A program made the translations under genes and the position numbers. A model generated the notes under the pieces. It did no database searches. It worked only from the letters and a program-made list of their open reading frames with translations, and was not told the origin of the DNA. DNA of 64,000 bases from positions 32,001 to 96,000 of the forward strand of contig JBFWWG010000010.1 of assembly GCA_050246315.1 (NCBI GenBank), given 5' to 3'. Within the stretch, counting starts at the first letter, position 1. Each line of letters opens with the position of its first letter. This document shows positions 30,778 through 41,721 of this stretch, piece by piece. The DNA is from Nitrospiraceae bacterium. GTDB taxonomy: Bacteria > Nitrospirota > Nitrospiria > Nitrospirales > Nitrospiraceae.

Positions 30778-31615
30778 CTCTCACCTCCTGGTCCTATCAT
30801 CCTTACCCGATTCTGTAGGCGTATGTTTCAAGGATAATGGCCAAGATTCAGATGGGTAGACCCGTTGAAGGTAGCTCGAAAGGAGGGAACTGGTACAATT
30901 AGGATACCGAAGCAACTCCGTGGACTTCGAGCGATGCGGCGATGTTCAAGGATTTTGAGTCAAGGATTGCGCTACTTATACCTCTGCCACGAGGTCGAAT
31001 TGGTTGTCCATTTAAATCCGTACACCCCTTCCGCTGTCCCTCCTGAGCAACGAGGAGATTCCCTCCTGCACCCGCTTTCCTCCCAGAAACCTCTTAGGAG
31101 GGGGCACGTCTTACATGATGCAGCCGTTGGGTACCATGCGCGGTCCAACAGACCACCGAGCACCGACCGACCGAAATTCCTGTTACTGAATCGACGTCCT
31201 ATCCTACTTGAGCAGTCCTGAGAGTTGGGGCGAATCAATGCAGCACTACTCAAGACAAGCGTGCGAGCGGCGCCACTCCTTTCGGTCAGAGTCTGATAGG
31301 GTGTGATCGGTAGCACCGGGCTTGTCGCCGAGTCAACCATGGCTTCCGGACACACCTGATGAACTGCCCTGACTGGTGCACAGAATGATGTGGACTAGGG
31401 CTCTTCTGAATCCGCGAAGTCGAGACATCGAGCATGTACGTACCCATACCTTACAATCCTCAAAACTCGTGGGTAGCGGACGACGGCGACATACGGAGAT
31501 GGCGGTCCGACCAGATGGACAGTGTCGGCGACGGGGTCGCTTGCCTTCAGCGGGCCTTCGGTCCATTCTATCGACCGGCTACAGGAGTGGCATGAGATTC
31601 TAGACGATCGGGAAG

Positions 31616-31691
31616 TGGTGAGCCGGCTGGGACTCGAACCCAGGGCCCTCGCCTTAAAAGGGCGATGCTCTACCGACTGAGCTACCGGCTC
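31616..31691 (-). tRNA. tRNA-Lys(TTT)
   Basis: GAGCCGG...CCGGCTC-ACCA, anticodon loop CTTTTAA. Confidence 0.96.
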
Positions 31692-31744
31692 AACAGAAGG
31701 TGGGAAGGTATAAGCGAGATGCTGTCACCGGAGAAGGACCGCTG

Positions 31745-33070
31745 TCAACCCCGTCGGCTGGAACCCGCCCGCTGAGATGATCGCTTCTGGAGCGGGTGCT
31801 TTATCACGATCGTTTCGTGGCGTTTGGTTCCTGTCGAGACCAGATCAATCTGACAACCGGTCAACTCGTCGATCCGATCGAGATAGCGTCGCGCCAGCTT
31901 CGGTAACGCGGACCGTGAGGTGATGCCCGTCGTCGACGATTGCCAGCCCGACAGAGTTTCGTAAACGGGTTCGCAATGCGACAATCTATCAAGATCGGCT
32001 GGGACTTCAGTGTAGGTCTTTCCCTGATAGCGATATGCTGTGCAGATGTTGATCTCGGCGCATTCATCCAAGACATCAAGCTTGGTAATGGCTTGCGAGG
32101 TGAGCCCATTCACCCTCTTGGCATATCGCACCGCCACGGCGTCGAACCAGCCGCACCGTCGCGGGCGACCGGTGGTGGCGCCAAACTCCCGTCCTCGCTC
32201 CTGCAGCCGCGCTCCTACCTCATCATTTAGCTCCGTCGGAAATGGTCCGCTGCCAACCCGTGTGGTATAGGCTTTCGTGATGCCCAAGACCGCATCAATC
32301 ATGGTCGGCCCCACGCCGGTCCCGGTGCAGGCTCCTCCAGCGGAGGCGCTTGAGGACGTTACATACGGATAGGTGCCGAAATCCACATCAAGGTGGGTCC
32401 CTTGCGCTCCCTCAAAGAGAATGGTCTTCTTCTTGGCGATGGCCCGCTCAAGCTGAAGCGAGACATCGACGATATGCTGAGCCAACCGCTCTCCGTAAGC
32501 TCGGTATTGAAGAAAGACTTTTTCAAGCTCGACGCCGTTGACCTGGTACAGTCGCTCCAAGAATATGTTGATTTCCGCCACATTGACTTCAAGCTTGGCG
32601 CGGAGGAGATCGGGGTTCAACAGATCACTCATGCGCACGCCGATACGAGCCATCTTGTCAGCGTAAGTCGGACCGATCCCACGACCGGTCGTGCCGATAC
32701 GGTGCGGACCCTTGGATTCCTCACTCGCCTTTTCCACAACCTTGTGGTAGGGCATGATCACGTGCGCCCGATCGCTGATCAACAAGTTCCTACCGATTTT
32801 CACACCGGATTTCTGCAAACTATCGATCTCCTCGATCAACGCTTCCGGATCAACTACCACCCCGTTGCCGACGAGACACAGCTTCCCTCGATACAACACA
32901 CCCGATGGCAGCAAATGGAACACATAGGTGCCCTTGGTCGTTACAACCGTATGGCCCGCGTTCGATCCTCCTTGGTAACGCACGACCACGTCGGCGTCGC
33001 GGGCGAGCACGTCCACCATCTTGCCTTTCCCCTCGTCACCCCATTGTGATCCGACGATAACCAGATTCAT
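31745..33070 (-). CDS. purA: Adenylosuccinate synthetase
   Basis: QWGDEGKGK, NAGHT, GIGPTY, EGAQG, GATTGRPRRCGW. Confidence 0.98.
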   Translation of the reverse strand: MNLVIVGSQWGDEGKGKMVDVLARDADVVVRYQGGSNAGHTVVTTKGTYVFHLLPSGVLYRGKLCLVGNGVVVDPEALIEEIDSLQKSGVKIGRNLLISDRAHVIMPYHKVVEKASEESKGPHRIGTTGRGIGPTYADKMARIGVRMSDLLNPDLLRAKLEVNVAEINIFLERLYQVNGVELEKVFLQYRAYGERLAQHIVDVSLQLERAIAKKKTILFEGAQGTHLDVDFGTYPYVTSSSASAGGACTGTGVGPTMIDAVLGITKAYTTRVGSGPFPTELNDEVGARLQERGREFGATTGRPRRCGWFDAVAVRYAKRVNGLTSQAITKLDVLDECAEINICTAYRYQGKTYTEVPADLDRLSHCEPVYETLSGWQSSTTGITSRSALPKLARRYLDRIDELTGCQIDLVSTGTKRHETIVIKHPLQKRSSQRAGSSRRG

Positions 33071-33174
33071 CAGTCTTCCAATCGACTCACCAAAGCTGTT
33101 TGCCGATAGCCTTTTTGTGGCGGTTTCAAAAAAATGGCCCTGACCCAAGTATGGCCAGAGCCTCTGGCTCGCGC

Positions 33175-33203
33175 ATGCTATGCCGAGGTTACGTCATTGT
33201 CAA
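33175..33203 (-). promoter_or_regulatory. Putative sigma70 promoter of purA
   Basis: TTGACA-17-TAGCAT on minus strand. Confidence 0.6.
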
Positions 33204-33516
33204 GCAGAGGTTCCTGCCTCAGGTTCCCACGACGTGGGGGCGAAATCGTTGGATTGGGACGGCTATTTCATCGTTGGAATCATTTATTGGACGGGGCGGC
33301 GCACAGATTCTGACAGCTAGGTCTCATGCTTCGCCTCCCCCGTAATAGAACCTGCGTAGCCTAGACCGGCACGCAGCCAAACTGCATGCTCTCAGGCGCA
33401 CCCGTGGAATCGTACAGGTGGGCTAAGAGCGGAGATCGCCCAGCAATGCTCCTCCGAGACGTTCCGGAAAAAGTGTTGCGCGCAACAACCCACCGGATCG
33501 TTCGGAGTCGGCTTCC

Positions 33517-33545
33517 TTGACTGCCTGAGGTTCACATGGTAGCAT
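33517..33545 (+). promoter_or_regulatory. Putative sigma70 promoter of tRNA-Ala
   Basis: TTGACT-17-TAGCAT with TG extension. Confidence 0.6.
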
Positions 33546-33599
33546 GCTGAAAATTCAGCACTTTCTCACGAATTGAGGAATTTATTGATCGTGCAAAGT

Positions 33600-33675
33600 G
33601 GGGCTGTGGCGCAGTTGGGAGCGCGCGTGAATGGCATTCACGAGGTCGCCGGTTCAATCCCGGCCAGCTCCACCA
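33600..33675 (+). tRNA. tRNA-Ala(GGC)
   Basis: GGGGCTG...CAGCTCC-ACCA with G3:U70, anticodon loop ATGGCAT. Confidence 0.96.
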
Positions 33676-33793
33676 CTTTGTCTCGACCTCCTCGACTCCC
33701 CACACGTTAGATCCACGTTCTCATCGCCCTCATTCAAGTTGAAACATCACGGGTTTCTGATTCTGATCACCCTGCGTAATCGCTAGCCTCGCT

Positions 33794-35638
33794 ATGCTGC
33801 AAATCGAAGAAGTGTGGAAACAATTCGCCACTCGCGTCCTGCTCAAGGAAGCGTCGGCCCACCTGCGCCCAAACACCCGCGTGGGGTTGGTAGGACCGAA
33901 CGGGTGTGGCAAGACGACATTGTTGCGTATGATCATGGGCGAACAATCTCCCGACAAGGGGACGATCCGAAAGCGTTCGCGACTGACCATGGGATATTTG
34001 GCGCAGGAACTCGAACCCCTTCTCGGAAAGAGCGTGCTGGAAGCCACCCATCGGGACCTCTATCCGGAGCACGAAGCCAAACGCATCCTGATGGGGTTGG
34101 GGTTCACGGTCCACGACTTCCCGCGCGTAGTCGATACCCTGTCCGGCGGATACCGCATGCGCGTGGCGCTGGCGCATCTGCTCTTGTCCAATCCTGATGT
34201 CTTGCTATTGGATGAGCCGACCAACCATCTGGATAAGGGGACGCAGCGTTGGTTCGAAGAGTTTCTTACTGCCTCCAAGATGACGCTACTCATCGTCAGC
34301 CACGACACGAAGTTCCTGGATCAGGTCGCCACCCATATGTGGGAAATCCGACACCAGCAAATTCGGGAGTACCGCGGCAACTACTCGCAGTTCCTTGTCC
34401 TAAAGGCTGAACAGGACGCACAGTTAGAATCCGCCGCCGTCCGTCAAGAGAAGGAAATCGCCCGGGTACAGAAGTTTGTCGATCGCTTTCGTTATCAGGC
34501 CAACAAGGCCCGCCAGGTCCAGTCCCGCATCAAACAGTTGGAGAAGGTCAAGGTCATCGAACGGCAGCGCGATCCGCGGCGGGTTCGGTTTACCTTTCCC
34601 GAACCAAGCCCGAGCGGTCGGCACGTATTGGACTTGCGGGGCGCAGCCAAAGCCTATGGGCATAAGGTAGTGTACGAGTCGTTGGACTTCATCGTAGAGC
34701 GCGGGCAGCGGATTGCCTTGGTTGGAGAAAACGGTGCGGGGAAAAGTACGCTCCTCAAAATGTTGGCGGGCGTGGCACCGCTGGATAAGGGTGCGAGGAC
34801 GGTGGGGCACGGGGTGACGTTGCATTATTTTGCCCAGCATCAGGCTGAAACGCTCAACCCAGAACATACGATCTTGGATTCGCTTCACGAGGTGGCCAAG
34901 CAGGTGGAGACGAATTTCCTCAGGGGCATCGCCGGCGCTTTTCTGTTTTCAGGGCCAGACCAGAAGAAACCCATCAAGGCCTTGAGCGGGGGGGAACGAA
35001 ACCGTGTCGCCCTAGCTCGTATGCTGGTTGAGCCTGCAAACACCCTGCTCTTGGACGAACCGACCAACCATCTCGACCCCGCCTCGGTAGACGTGCTGAC
35101 GGACGCGCTTGTCGCCTTCCCCGGGACCCTCATCTTCATTTCGCACGATCCGACCTTCCTATCGCGGATCGCGAATCGCATGGTCGAAATCGACGATGGG
35201 CAGGCGAAGGACTACCTCGGCGACTACGAATACTATCTTTGGAAGCGCAGCCAAGAGCTGGAGGAAGCGGCGAAAGATCAAGCGGACACTCGTCGAGCGG
35301 TCGGCATCGCCGACAATGATCGTGGGAACGGCCCAGATCCAGGATCCGACTCTCCCAAGGGGAAAGCAACGGAACGACGCGAGTTGATCAAGGCGGAGGC
35401 CCGTCTGGAGAAACAAGTCGCGCGGGCAGAAGCCGCGGTGATCGAGTGCGAGGCCAAGCTCAAAGCCCGCGACGGAGAACTCGCCGACCCCCAGCTCTAC
35501 GAGGACTTTGACCGATGGAAGGGGATGCAGCGAGAGCACGCGGTGTGGAAGCACGATCTTGAACGGGCCACAGCGAAGTGGGAGGAACTGTCACAGGAAC
35601 TGGAACGTGTCCGTGGTTCGCTGGCGAGTCTCGGCTAA
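33794..35638 (+). CDS. ABC-F family ATP-binding protein
   Basis: Two ABC domains (GPNGCGKT, GENGAGKS, LSGG, LDEPTNHLD x2), no TM, C-terminal coiled coil. Confidence 0.95.
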   Translation: MLQIEEVWKQFATRVLLKEASAHLRPNTRVGLVGPNGCGKTTLLRMIMGEQSPDKGTIRKRSRLTMGYLAQELEPLLGKSVLEATHRDLYPEHEAKRILMGLGFTVHDFPRVVDTLSGGYRMRVALAHLLLSNPDVLLLDEPTNHLDKGTQRWFEEFLTASKMTLLIVSHDTKFLDQVATHMWEIRHQQIREYRGNYSQFLVLKAEQDAQLESAAVRQEKEIARVQKFVDRFRYQANKARQVQSRIKQLEKVKVIERQRDPRRVRFTFPEPSPSGRHVLDLRGAAKAYGHKVVYESLDFIVERGQRIALVGENGAGKSTLLKMLAGVAPLDKGARTVGHGVTLHYFAQHQAETLNPEHTILDSLHEVAKQVETNFLRGIAGAFLFSGPDQKKPIKALSGGERNRVALARMLVEPANTLLLDEPTNHLDPASVDVLTDALVAFPGTLIFISHDPTFLSRIANRMVEIDDGQAKDYLGDYEYYLWKRSQELEEAAKDQADTRRAVGIADNDRGNGPDPGSDSPKGKATERRELIKAEARLEKQVARAEAAVIECEAKLKARDGELADPQLYEDFDRWKGMQREHAVWKHDLERATAKWEELSQELERVRGSLASLG

Positions 35639-36006
35639 TTTTGAATTCTTAGGGTTTCTTCCAGGTAATAGTACAGCCAGCGATTCTTGTCGACCGTCAC
35701 AACCTCGTCCCACACCACGCCGATCAAGAATCCTTTATCCCACGCCTTGACCCAAGCCACCGTCCCCGCGAGTTTCTCCTGCTGCTCCTGCCCCTGTTGA
35801 TCCAAGAACGCCAATACCACGATGACTTCGTCTTTGGCGGCCAGTCTGGCCTTGGTATGCAGCCCCGCGCCGATGCGGTTGACGTTATCCAGCACGGCCG
35901 TCACCGAGGCGCCGCCGCTCCTCGGCTCAAGCAGCGCAGAGCCCACGAGTGTCGCCCGGACAAAGCGACGACGATCATTGGCCTGTGCGGCTGTTGGTCG
36001 AGTCAT
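35635..36006 (-). CDS. PilZ-domain protein
   Basis: DRRRFVR, DNVNRIGAG. Confidence 0.7.
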   Translation of the reverse strand: MTRPTAAQANDRRRFVRATLVGSALLEPRSGGASVTAVLDNVNRIGAGLHTKARLAAKDEVIVVLAFLDQQGQEQQEKLAGTVAWVKAWDKGFLIGVVWDEVVTVDKNRWLYYYLEETLRIQN

Positions 36007-36097
36007 CCGGCCCTCCTGGCTCTGAGTATAGCGAACGGGCAAGGATTGTCCATCACGCCGCGTGGCGGAACGGGCAGACGTGCGTTTCGTCTGTGCG

Positions 36098-37390
36098 CTA
36101 GTTTTTCTTCGGCGAGTAATATCGAACCCCTTTCAGCTCGGGAGGTAGATGACACTGTTCCCGTTGCGCAGCCGGGTCGTCGTGAACATACCGGTAACCT
36201 TCTCCATAGCCCAATTTCTTCACGAGCGGCGTCACTGCATTGCGCAGATGAACGGGCACCGGCAAGTTTCCATGGGCTCGGGCATCGGTCATGGCCTTCC
36301 CAATCCCGGCGTATGACGCATTGTCCTTGGGACAGGTTGCCAGGTAGGTCGTCCCTTGCGCGAGCGTAATCTGTGCCTCGGGCATCCCGATGAATTGCAC
36401 GGCCTGCGAGACCGCCATGGCGAGGAGCAGTGCCTGGGGTTCCGCGTTTCCGATATCCTCCGAGGCAAAAATCACCATCCGCCGGGCGATGAAGAGCGGG
36501 TCCTCTCCGCCTTCCAGCATGCGAGCCATCCAATAGAGCGCCCCATCCGCATCCGAGTCCCGCAAGCTCTTTATGAAGGCTGACACGAGGTTGTAATGTT
36601 CCTCGCCTGCACGGTCGTACCGGAGCGCTTTCTTCGAGAGCGCCACCGACATCGCCTGTTCATCGAGGACCAGTTCGCCGTCAGCTTGCCGGGGCATATG
36701 CTCCACCACGTGCTCCAAGGCCGTCAGGGCCGACCGAGCATCACCATTCCCGAACGCGATCAGGCGCCGGCGTGCCAAGGGAGTCATCGTCACCGACAAG
36801 TCGCCGAATCCCCGACTGGCATCCGTCAACGCCCGATCCAGAATCTGACCCAGAGCCTCATCGGTCAGAGCTTGCAGCATCACCACCAGTGAGCGCGAGA
36901 GCAGCGGCGCGATGACCTCAAAAGACGGATTCTCGGTCGTGGCCCCCAGGAGCACAATCGTGCCCTTCTCGACATGTGGGAGAAACGCATCCTGCTGTGC
37001 CCTGTTAAATCGATGGATTTCATCGACAAACAGGATGGTGCGCTGCCCGGAGAGGTGGCGACGCTGTTCTGCCGCCTTGACGATCGCCCGCAATTCGGCA
37101 ATTCCACTGGTAACCGCGGAGAAGGGGATAAATGCGGCCTTGGTGTGCTTGGCGATGAGTTGCGCTAGCGTGGTTTTCCCCGAGCCGGGCGGCCCCCATA
37201 AGATCACCGAGGACAGGGTATCCGCCTCGATCGCACGCCGCAACGGACGATCAGGCCTGATCAACTCCTCCTGCCCAAGAAACTCGGAGAAATCACGCGG
37301 CCGCATTCGCTCGGCCAGCGGCGCACGAGGCCCTTCCAAGCCGGGCTCGGCCCGATAGAGATCAGTTTGCGCGTCCCGTTGGACGGACAT
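36098..37390 (-). CDS. rarA: Replication-associated recombination protein A
   Basis: PLAERMRP, GPPGSGKTT, DEIHRFN, GATTENPSF, SAFIKS, ASEDIG. Confidence 0.96.
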   Translation of the reverse strand: MSVQRDAQTDLYRAEPGLEGPRAPLAERMRPRDFSEFLGQEELIRPDRPLRRAIEADTLSSVILWGPPGSGKTTLAQLIAKHTKAAFIPFSAVTSGIAELRAIVKAAEQRRHLSGQRTILFVDEIHRFNRAQQDAFLPHVEKGTIVLLGATTENPSFEVIAPLLSRSLVVMLQALTDEALGQILDRALTDASRGFGDLSVTMTPLARRRLIAFGNGDARSALTALEHVVEHMPRQADGELVLDEQAMSVALSKKALRYDRAGEEHYNLVSAFIKSLRDSDADGALYWMARMLEGGEDPLFIARRMVIFASEDIGNAEPQALLLAMAVSQAVQFIGMPEAQITLAQGTTYLATCPKDNASYAGIGKAMTDARAHGNLPVPVHLRNAVTPLVKKLGYGEGYRYVHDDPAAQREQCHLPPELKGVRYYSPKKN

Positions 37391-37542
37391 AGGCGAGTCG
37401 AGGTGGATTGGCCCCATTCTATACGGAACCGACAGCCCCCGCAATCAGCGGCCGACCCACCTGATACGTGCTTCATTGACCGATGAGGCGGGAAGATGAT
37501 AGAGGACAGCCCCTACGGACCTAGCAGCCTGAGGTACTGTCC

Positions 37543-38337
37543 ATGCCCTCTGCGACCGTGAACGGCATCAAACTCGCCTATTCCGACCAAGGAACGGGCC
37601 TCCCCCTGGTCTTCCTGCATGGGTTTCCCCTCAATCGGGACATGTGGACACCTCAAATACAGGGGCTCGGAGATCGGGCTCGTATCATCTCGGTTGATCT
37701 GCGGGGACACGGCGAGTCCGACGCCCCCCTCTGGCAGTACACGATGGAGCAGTTCGCCGACGACGTGGCAGGCCTGCTCGATCACCTCGGCCTGCTCCAG
37801 GTGGTGTTGGTTGGACTGTCGATGGGCGGCTACGTGGCGCTCACGTTCTCCGCCAACCATTCTCATCGGTTGAAGGCGCTCGTGTTGACGGATACGCGGG
37901 CTCAGGCCGATACGGAGAATGGAAGGGAGGGTCGTTTCCAGATGGCTCAAACTGCATATCGGAAGGGGCCGCCGGCCATTCGAGACATCATGGTTCCCAA
38001 ACTGTTGTGTCCGAAGACACTCCAATCCAATCGGGCGGTAGTTGAACAGGTGGAGGCAATGATCCTGAGGATGGAGCTCAGCGGTCTAGCCGGAGACCTG
38101 ATGGCCATGGCAGGACGTCCCGACTCCGTTCCACGCCTCCCGTCGATCCGCTGTCCCACCCTCGTCATCGTCGGAGAGCAGGACCAACCGACACCGGTCC
38201 CGGACGCGCGCCTCATGGCGGACCGTATTCCCGGCGCACGGCTGGAGATCATCCCGGACGCGGGGCACTTGCCCAATCTCGAACAACCAGAGCTGTTCAA
38301 TGACGCTCTGTGGCGATTCCATTCCTCACTCGTCTGA
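37543..38337 (+). CDS. Alpha/beta hydrolase (enol-lactonase-like)
   Basis: HGFP, DLRGHG, GLSMGG, GEQD, AGH. Confidence 0.9.
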   Translation: MPSATVNGIKLAYSDQGTGLPLVFLHGFPLNRDMWTPQIQGLGDRARIISVDLRGHGESDAPLWQYTMEQFADDVAGLLDHLGLLQVVLVGLSMGGYVALTFSANHSHRLKALVLTDTRAQADTENGREGRFQMAQTAYRKGPPAIRDIMVPKLLCPKTLQSNRAVVEQVEAMILRMELSGLAGDLMAMAGRPDSVPRLPSIRCPTLVIVGEQDQPTPVPDARLMADRIPGARLEIIPDAGHLPNLEQPELFNDALWRFHSSLV

Positions 38338-38476
38338 TCAGAGGAAACCCGGGTAGCTCGACACAGGCCGTCCGATCCAACTACGGGCGGGCGGGAGACG
38401 ACAGCATGGCTCACCGGGTCGATTTGGCAATTGACGGCCGTGCGCGAACGGACGACTGACCGACAGTCTGAGACAA

Positions 38477-39112
38477 TCAGTCGCCGTCGCCCACACTGCC
38501 CTGCCGGATCAACTTGAGGAACTCAAGGCGTGTCTGTTCCTGCGTCCGAAAGGCGCCGAGCATATGGCTGGTCACCGCAACGGTGTTCTGTTTTTCGACT
38601 CCGCGCATCATCATGCAGAGATGGCGGGCCTCCATGACCACCCCAACGCCATGAGCATTGAGCTTGGACTGCAAGGTTTCGGCAATTTGAACAGTCAACC
38701 GCTCCTGCACTTGCAGTCGCCGGCTGAAGGCATCGACAATCCGCGGAATCTTGCTGAGCCCGACCACTTTCTTGTTGGGGATATAGCCGACATGGCATCG
38801 GCCGAAGAACGGCAGCAAGTGATGTTCGCACATGCTGAAAAAATCGATGTCCTTGACGATCACCATCTCGTCGTACTCGATCGGAAACAAGGCCTGATTG
38901 ACGAGTTGATCGATATTCTGATGATAACCGCGGGTCATGAATTGCAGGGCTTTCGCGACACGCCGCGGTGTCTCAATCAACCCGTTCCTCGTCGGGGTTT
39001 CACCGATCTCGACCAACAGGCGTCTCACCAATCCTTCCAGCTCCTCTGCCTGTCCGTCCCTGACTCGGGACCCAACACGCTTCCGGGCGGCTTTTCCTCG
39101 AGGCATGCCCAC
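38477..39112 (-). CDS. folE: GTP cyclohydrolase I
   Basis: [37 protein letters not shown]. Confidence 0.97.
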   Translation of the reverse strand: MGMPRGKAARKRVGSRVRDGQAEELEGLVRRLLVEIGETPTRNGLIETPRRVAKALQFMTRGYHQNIDQLVNQALFPIEYDEMVIVKDIDFFSMCEHHLLPFFGRCHVGYIPNKKVVGLSKIPRIVDAFSRRLQVQERLTVQIAETLQSKLNAHGVGVVMEARHLCMMMRGVEKQNTVAVTSHMLGAFRTQEQTRLEFLKLIRQGSVGDGD

Positions 39113-39141
39113 TCCTTTTTCAGATCAGGGAACCGGCTCGC

Positions 39142-39567
39142 TCATCGGGACGATGAGGCGCCGGCATATTCGAAATAATTGTCCCGCGTTTCAACCACGC
39201 CCACTTTGGCCAGCTTCCCGTCGGAAATCGCGTCGTGAAGAAGTTCCCAAATCAGTCGTGCCAGGTTTTCCCCCGTCGTCGTCGTGGCGGCAAATGCGGG
39301 ATCGCCGTTCAAATCCTGATGATCGAAGCGCCTGACCACCCGTTCGATCACGACGCGATCCAGTCGGTCCAGATCCAGGCTCTGCCCCGTGGCAGAGTCA
39401 ATGGGGCCACGCACCGTCACATACAAGACATAGTTATGCCCATGCCCATTGGGATTGTTGCATTTGCCGAACACCCGCCGATTCTCCTCCACAGAGAGCT
39501 GGTCCGTATGTAACCGATGCGCTGCGCTGAAACGATATCGTCGCGTCACACTGGCCACCTGTTCCAT
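39142..39567 (-). CDS. queD: 6-carboxytetrahydropterin/6-pyruvoyl-tetrahydropterin synthase
   Basis: FSAAHRL, GKCNNPNGHGHNY, FDH, TGEN, ET. Confidence 0.85.
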   Translation of the reverse strand: MEQVASVTRRYRFSAAHRLHTDQLSVEENRRVFGKCNNPNGHGHNYVLYVTVRGPIDSATGQSLDLDRLDRVVIERVVRRFDHQDLNGDPAFAATTTTGENLARLIWELLHDAISDGKLAKVGVVETRDNYFEYAGASSSR

Positions 39568-39585
39568 GTGATGCTCCACGAGATG

Positions 39586-39622
39586 AAAAAGGCCGGTCCC
39601 CTCATAGAGAGTGAGACCGGCC
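39586..39622 (-). terminator. Rho-independent terminator after erpA
   Basis: GGCCGGTC...GACCGGCC hairpin followed by TTTTT on minus strand. Confidence 0.7.
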
Positions 39623-39670
39623 ACGAACCCCCAAACGTCAGGCACAAATCCGGCTGGCACACTCCAGCGC

Positions 39671-39991
39671 TTACGCGCTAAACGAGCTGCCGCACCCACA
39701 GGTCGTCTTCGCCTGCGGATTCTTTACGGCAAAGCCGGAGCCCTGGAGGCTGTCAACATAATCCACTTCGGCGCCGGACAAGAGCGGCGCGCTCTGAGGA
39801 TCAAGGATCACCTGAATCCCGTTCTTTTCGATCACCGTGTCGTCTTCCCCGATTTTGTTCTCGAACGCCATCCCATACTGATAGCCATGGCAGCCGCCTC
39901 CACGTACATACACCCGAAGGCCCACCACATCCTTCTCCTCCAGCATGAGCTCCTTGATCTTATCCGCGGCCACGTCCGTCACGGTAATCAT
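39671..39991 (-). CDS. erpA: A-type Fe-S carrier (ErpA/IscA family)
   Basis: GGGCHG, NPQAKTTCGCGSSF. Confidence 0.9.
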   Translation of the reverse strand: MITVTDVAADKIKELMLEEKDVVGLRVYVRGGGCHGYQYGMAFENKIGEDDTVIEKNGIQVILDPQSAPLLSGAEVDYVDSLQGSGFAVKNPQAKTTCGCGSSFSA

Positions 39992-40036
39992 CTCGTTTCC
40001 TCCTTTCCAGATTGGCACGTTGTTTCACACAGGCAG

Positions 40037-40393
40037 TCAAATAAGATTACACGACTGATCGACGGTTTGCGCGCTCGCCCCGTCCGGCGAGCGCTCCCAC
40101 TTATGCAACGGCACCCGCACGACAACATCGCCCATCACACGGGCCTGACAACCCAGCCGATGCCAGGGTTCACTGAGTGCTTCGCGATCCAGCAGGTCCT
40201 GCTCGTCGAAATCGATCTCTGACAACTGGTCGCCTCCCGATCGGACTTCCACCCGACAGGTCGTACAGGAGGCGTTGCCGCCGCAATCATGGGTGAGGGG
40301 AAACCCGAGCAATTCAGCCGCCTCCAGGACGGTCACGTTGGACGGAACCTCTCCGCTTTTTCCGTCGGGGTGGAGAAAGGTGATCCGCGGCAT
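40037..40393 (-). CDS. 2Fe-2S ferredoxin (adrenodoxin/ISC type)
   Basis: CGGNASCTTC...RLGCQ. Confidence 0.92.
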   Translation of the reverse strand: MPRITFLHPDGKSGEVPSNVTVLEAAELLGFPLTHDCGGNASCTTCRVEVRSGGDQLSEIDFDEQDLLDREALSEPWHRLGCQARVMGDVVVRVPLHKWERSPDGASAQTVDQSCNLI

Positions 40394-40416
40394 CGAACTC
40401 GACCATTGACCGGCTG

Positions 40417-41721
40417 TTACGCCGATCCCGCTGTGACCGAGGTTGATTGATACGGACAACGCTGAAGTCGAATATGGGCTTCAAATTCACCTTGAAACAA
40501 CTTCAAGGCGCTTTGCACGAGCACGGCCGCGCCCGTCACGAGCGTGCAATACCCCGTCCCCTTCACAAAACCGGCAATCTGCAACAACGTCTCCAAGTCC
40601 TTTTGAGTGCCTTCACCCGTCTCGATTTTGGTCATGAGTGATGCCAGGTTGATCGTGCCCATTCGACAGGAGGGACATTGACCGCAGCTTTCTCCCTTGA
40701 AGAAATTGGAAAAGTGCAGCGTCTTCGCCACCATGCAGGTGGCGTCATCAACCACAATAACCCCGGCCGATCCCAAGCCCGTACCGGCTTTCTTCAGAGA
40801 GTCGAAATCCATCGCCAGATCCAACTGATCGGCCGTCACCATCGGAAAGGCCGGTCCTCCCGGAAACACGGCTTTGACCTTCCGACCATTGGGAACTCCG
40901 CCGCCACAGCGCTCAACCAGGTCCCGGAGGGGTGTGCCGAGGGGTAACTCATAAATCCCGGGGCGAGCGACTGCACCACTCAACGAGAACAGCATGGTCC
41001 CCGGACATTTCTCGGTTCCCACTTCATTGAACCAGCCGGCTCCTTTCCGGAGGATGAGCGGAATATTGCACAGCGTCTCCACGTTATTGACGAGCGTGGG
41101 CTTCCCATAGAGTCCGAAATCGGTCGGATAAAATGGCGGCTTCTGTCTTGGCATCGCCGGACGGCCCTGCATGGACTCCAGCATCGCAGTTTCTTCGCCG
41201 GCTACGTAGCTGCCTTGCCCGGAAAAGACCTCGAGATCAATGTCGCGTCCGGAGCCGAGCACATTCTTTCCGACATACCCCTTCTCGCGTGCCTGTGCCA
41301 AAGCATTGTGGAGGTTTTCCTGCTCCTCGTGATATTCATGGTTGACATACAGAAAAGAGGCTTTCGCCCCAACCGTGTAGGACGCAATCAGGCATCCTTC
41401 AATCAACTGGTGAGGCGCGTACTTGAGAAGATGCCGGTCCTTAAAGGTCCCCGGCTCGTGTTCGCCGGCATTGCAGACGAAATACCGCTCCTTGACCCGG
41501 TGGTTGAGTACCTTGTCCCACTTGACGCCGGTTGGGAATCCTGCCCCGCCTCGACCGCGCAAGCCCGAGCGCTTGATCTCTTCAACAATGTCCTGAGGCC
41601 TCGAGTCCGTCACGCAACGCTTCCAGGCTTCATACCCGCCAGTCTTGGCATAGGCGGACAGATCCCACGCAGGCCCATCGAGCGGCCGGAGCACTCGCCC
41701 TTCATTCTGGTTGCTGCTCAT
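40417..41721 (-). CDS. nuoF: Stand-alone NuoF-like FMN/4Fe-4S NAD(P)H-binding subunit
   Basis: GLRGRGGAGFPTGVKW, EPGTFKDR, YVAGEET, NNVET, ESCGQCPSCR...C. Confidence 0.85.
   Translation of the reverse strand: MSSNQNEGRVLRPLDGPAWDLSAYAKTGGYEAWKRCVTDSRPQDIVEEIKRSGLRGRGGAGFPTGVKWDKVLNHRVKERYFVCNAGEHEPGTFKDRHLLKYAPHQLIEGCLIASYTVGAKASFLYVNHEYHEEQENLHNALAQAREKGYVGKNVLGSGRDIDLEVFSGQGSYVAGEETAMLESMQGRPAMPRQKPPFYPTDFGLYGKPTLVNNVETLCNIPLILRKGAGWFNEVGTEKCPGTMLFSLSGAVARPGIYELPLGTPLRDLVERCGGGVPNGRKVKAVFPGGPAFPMVTADQLDLAMDFDSLKKAGTGLGSAGVIVVDDATCMVAKTLHFSNFFKGESCGQCPSCRMGTINLASLMTKIETGEGTQKDLETLLQIAGFVKGTGYCTLVTGAAVLVQSALKLFQGEFEAHIRLQRCPYQSTSVTAGSA

Noticed and set aside
33345..33480. Possible riboswitch between purA and tRNA-Ala (contains CTCTCAGG)
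   Set aside because: Other glycine-riboswitch elements are missing and the orientation does not serve purA.
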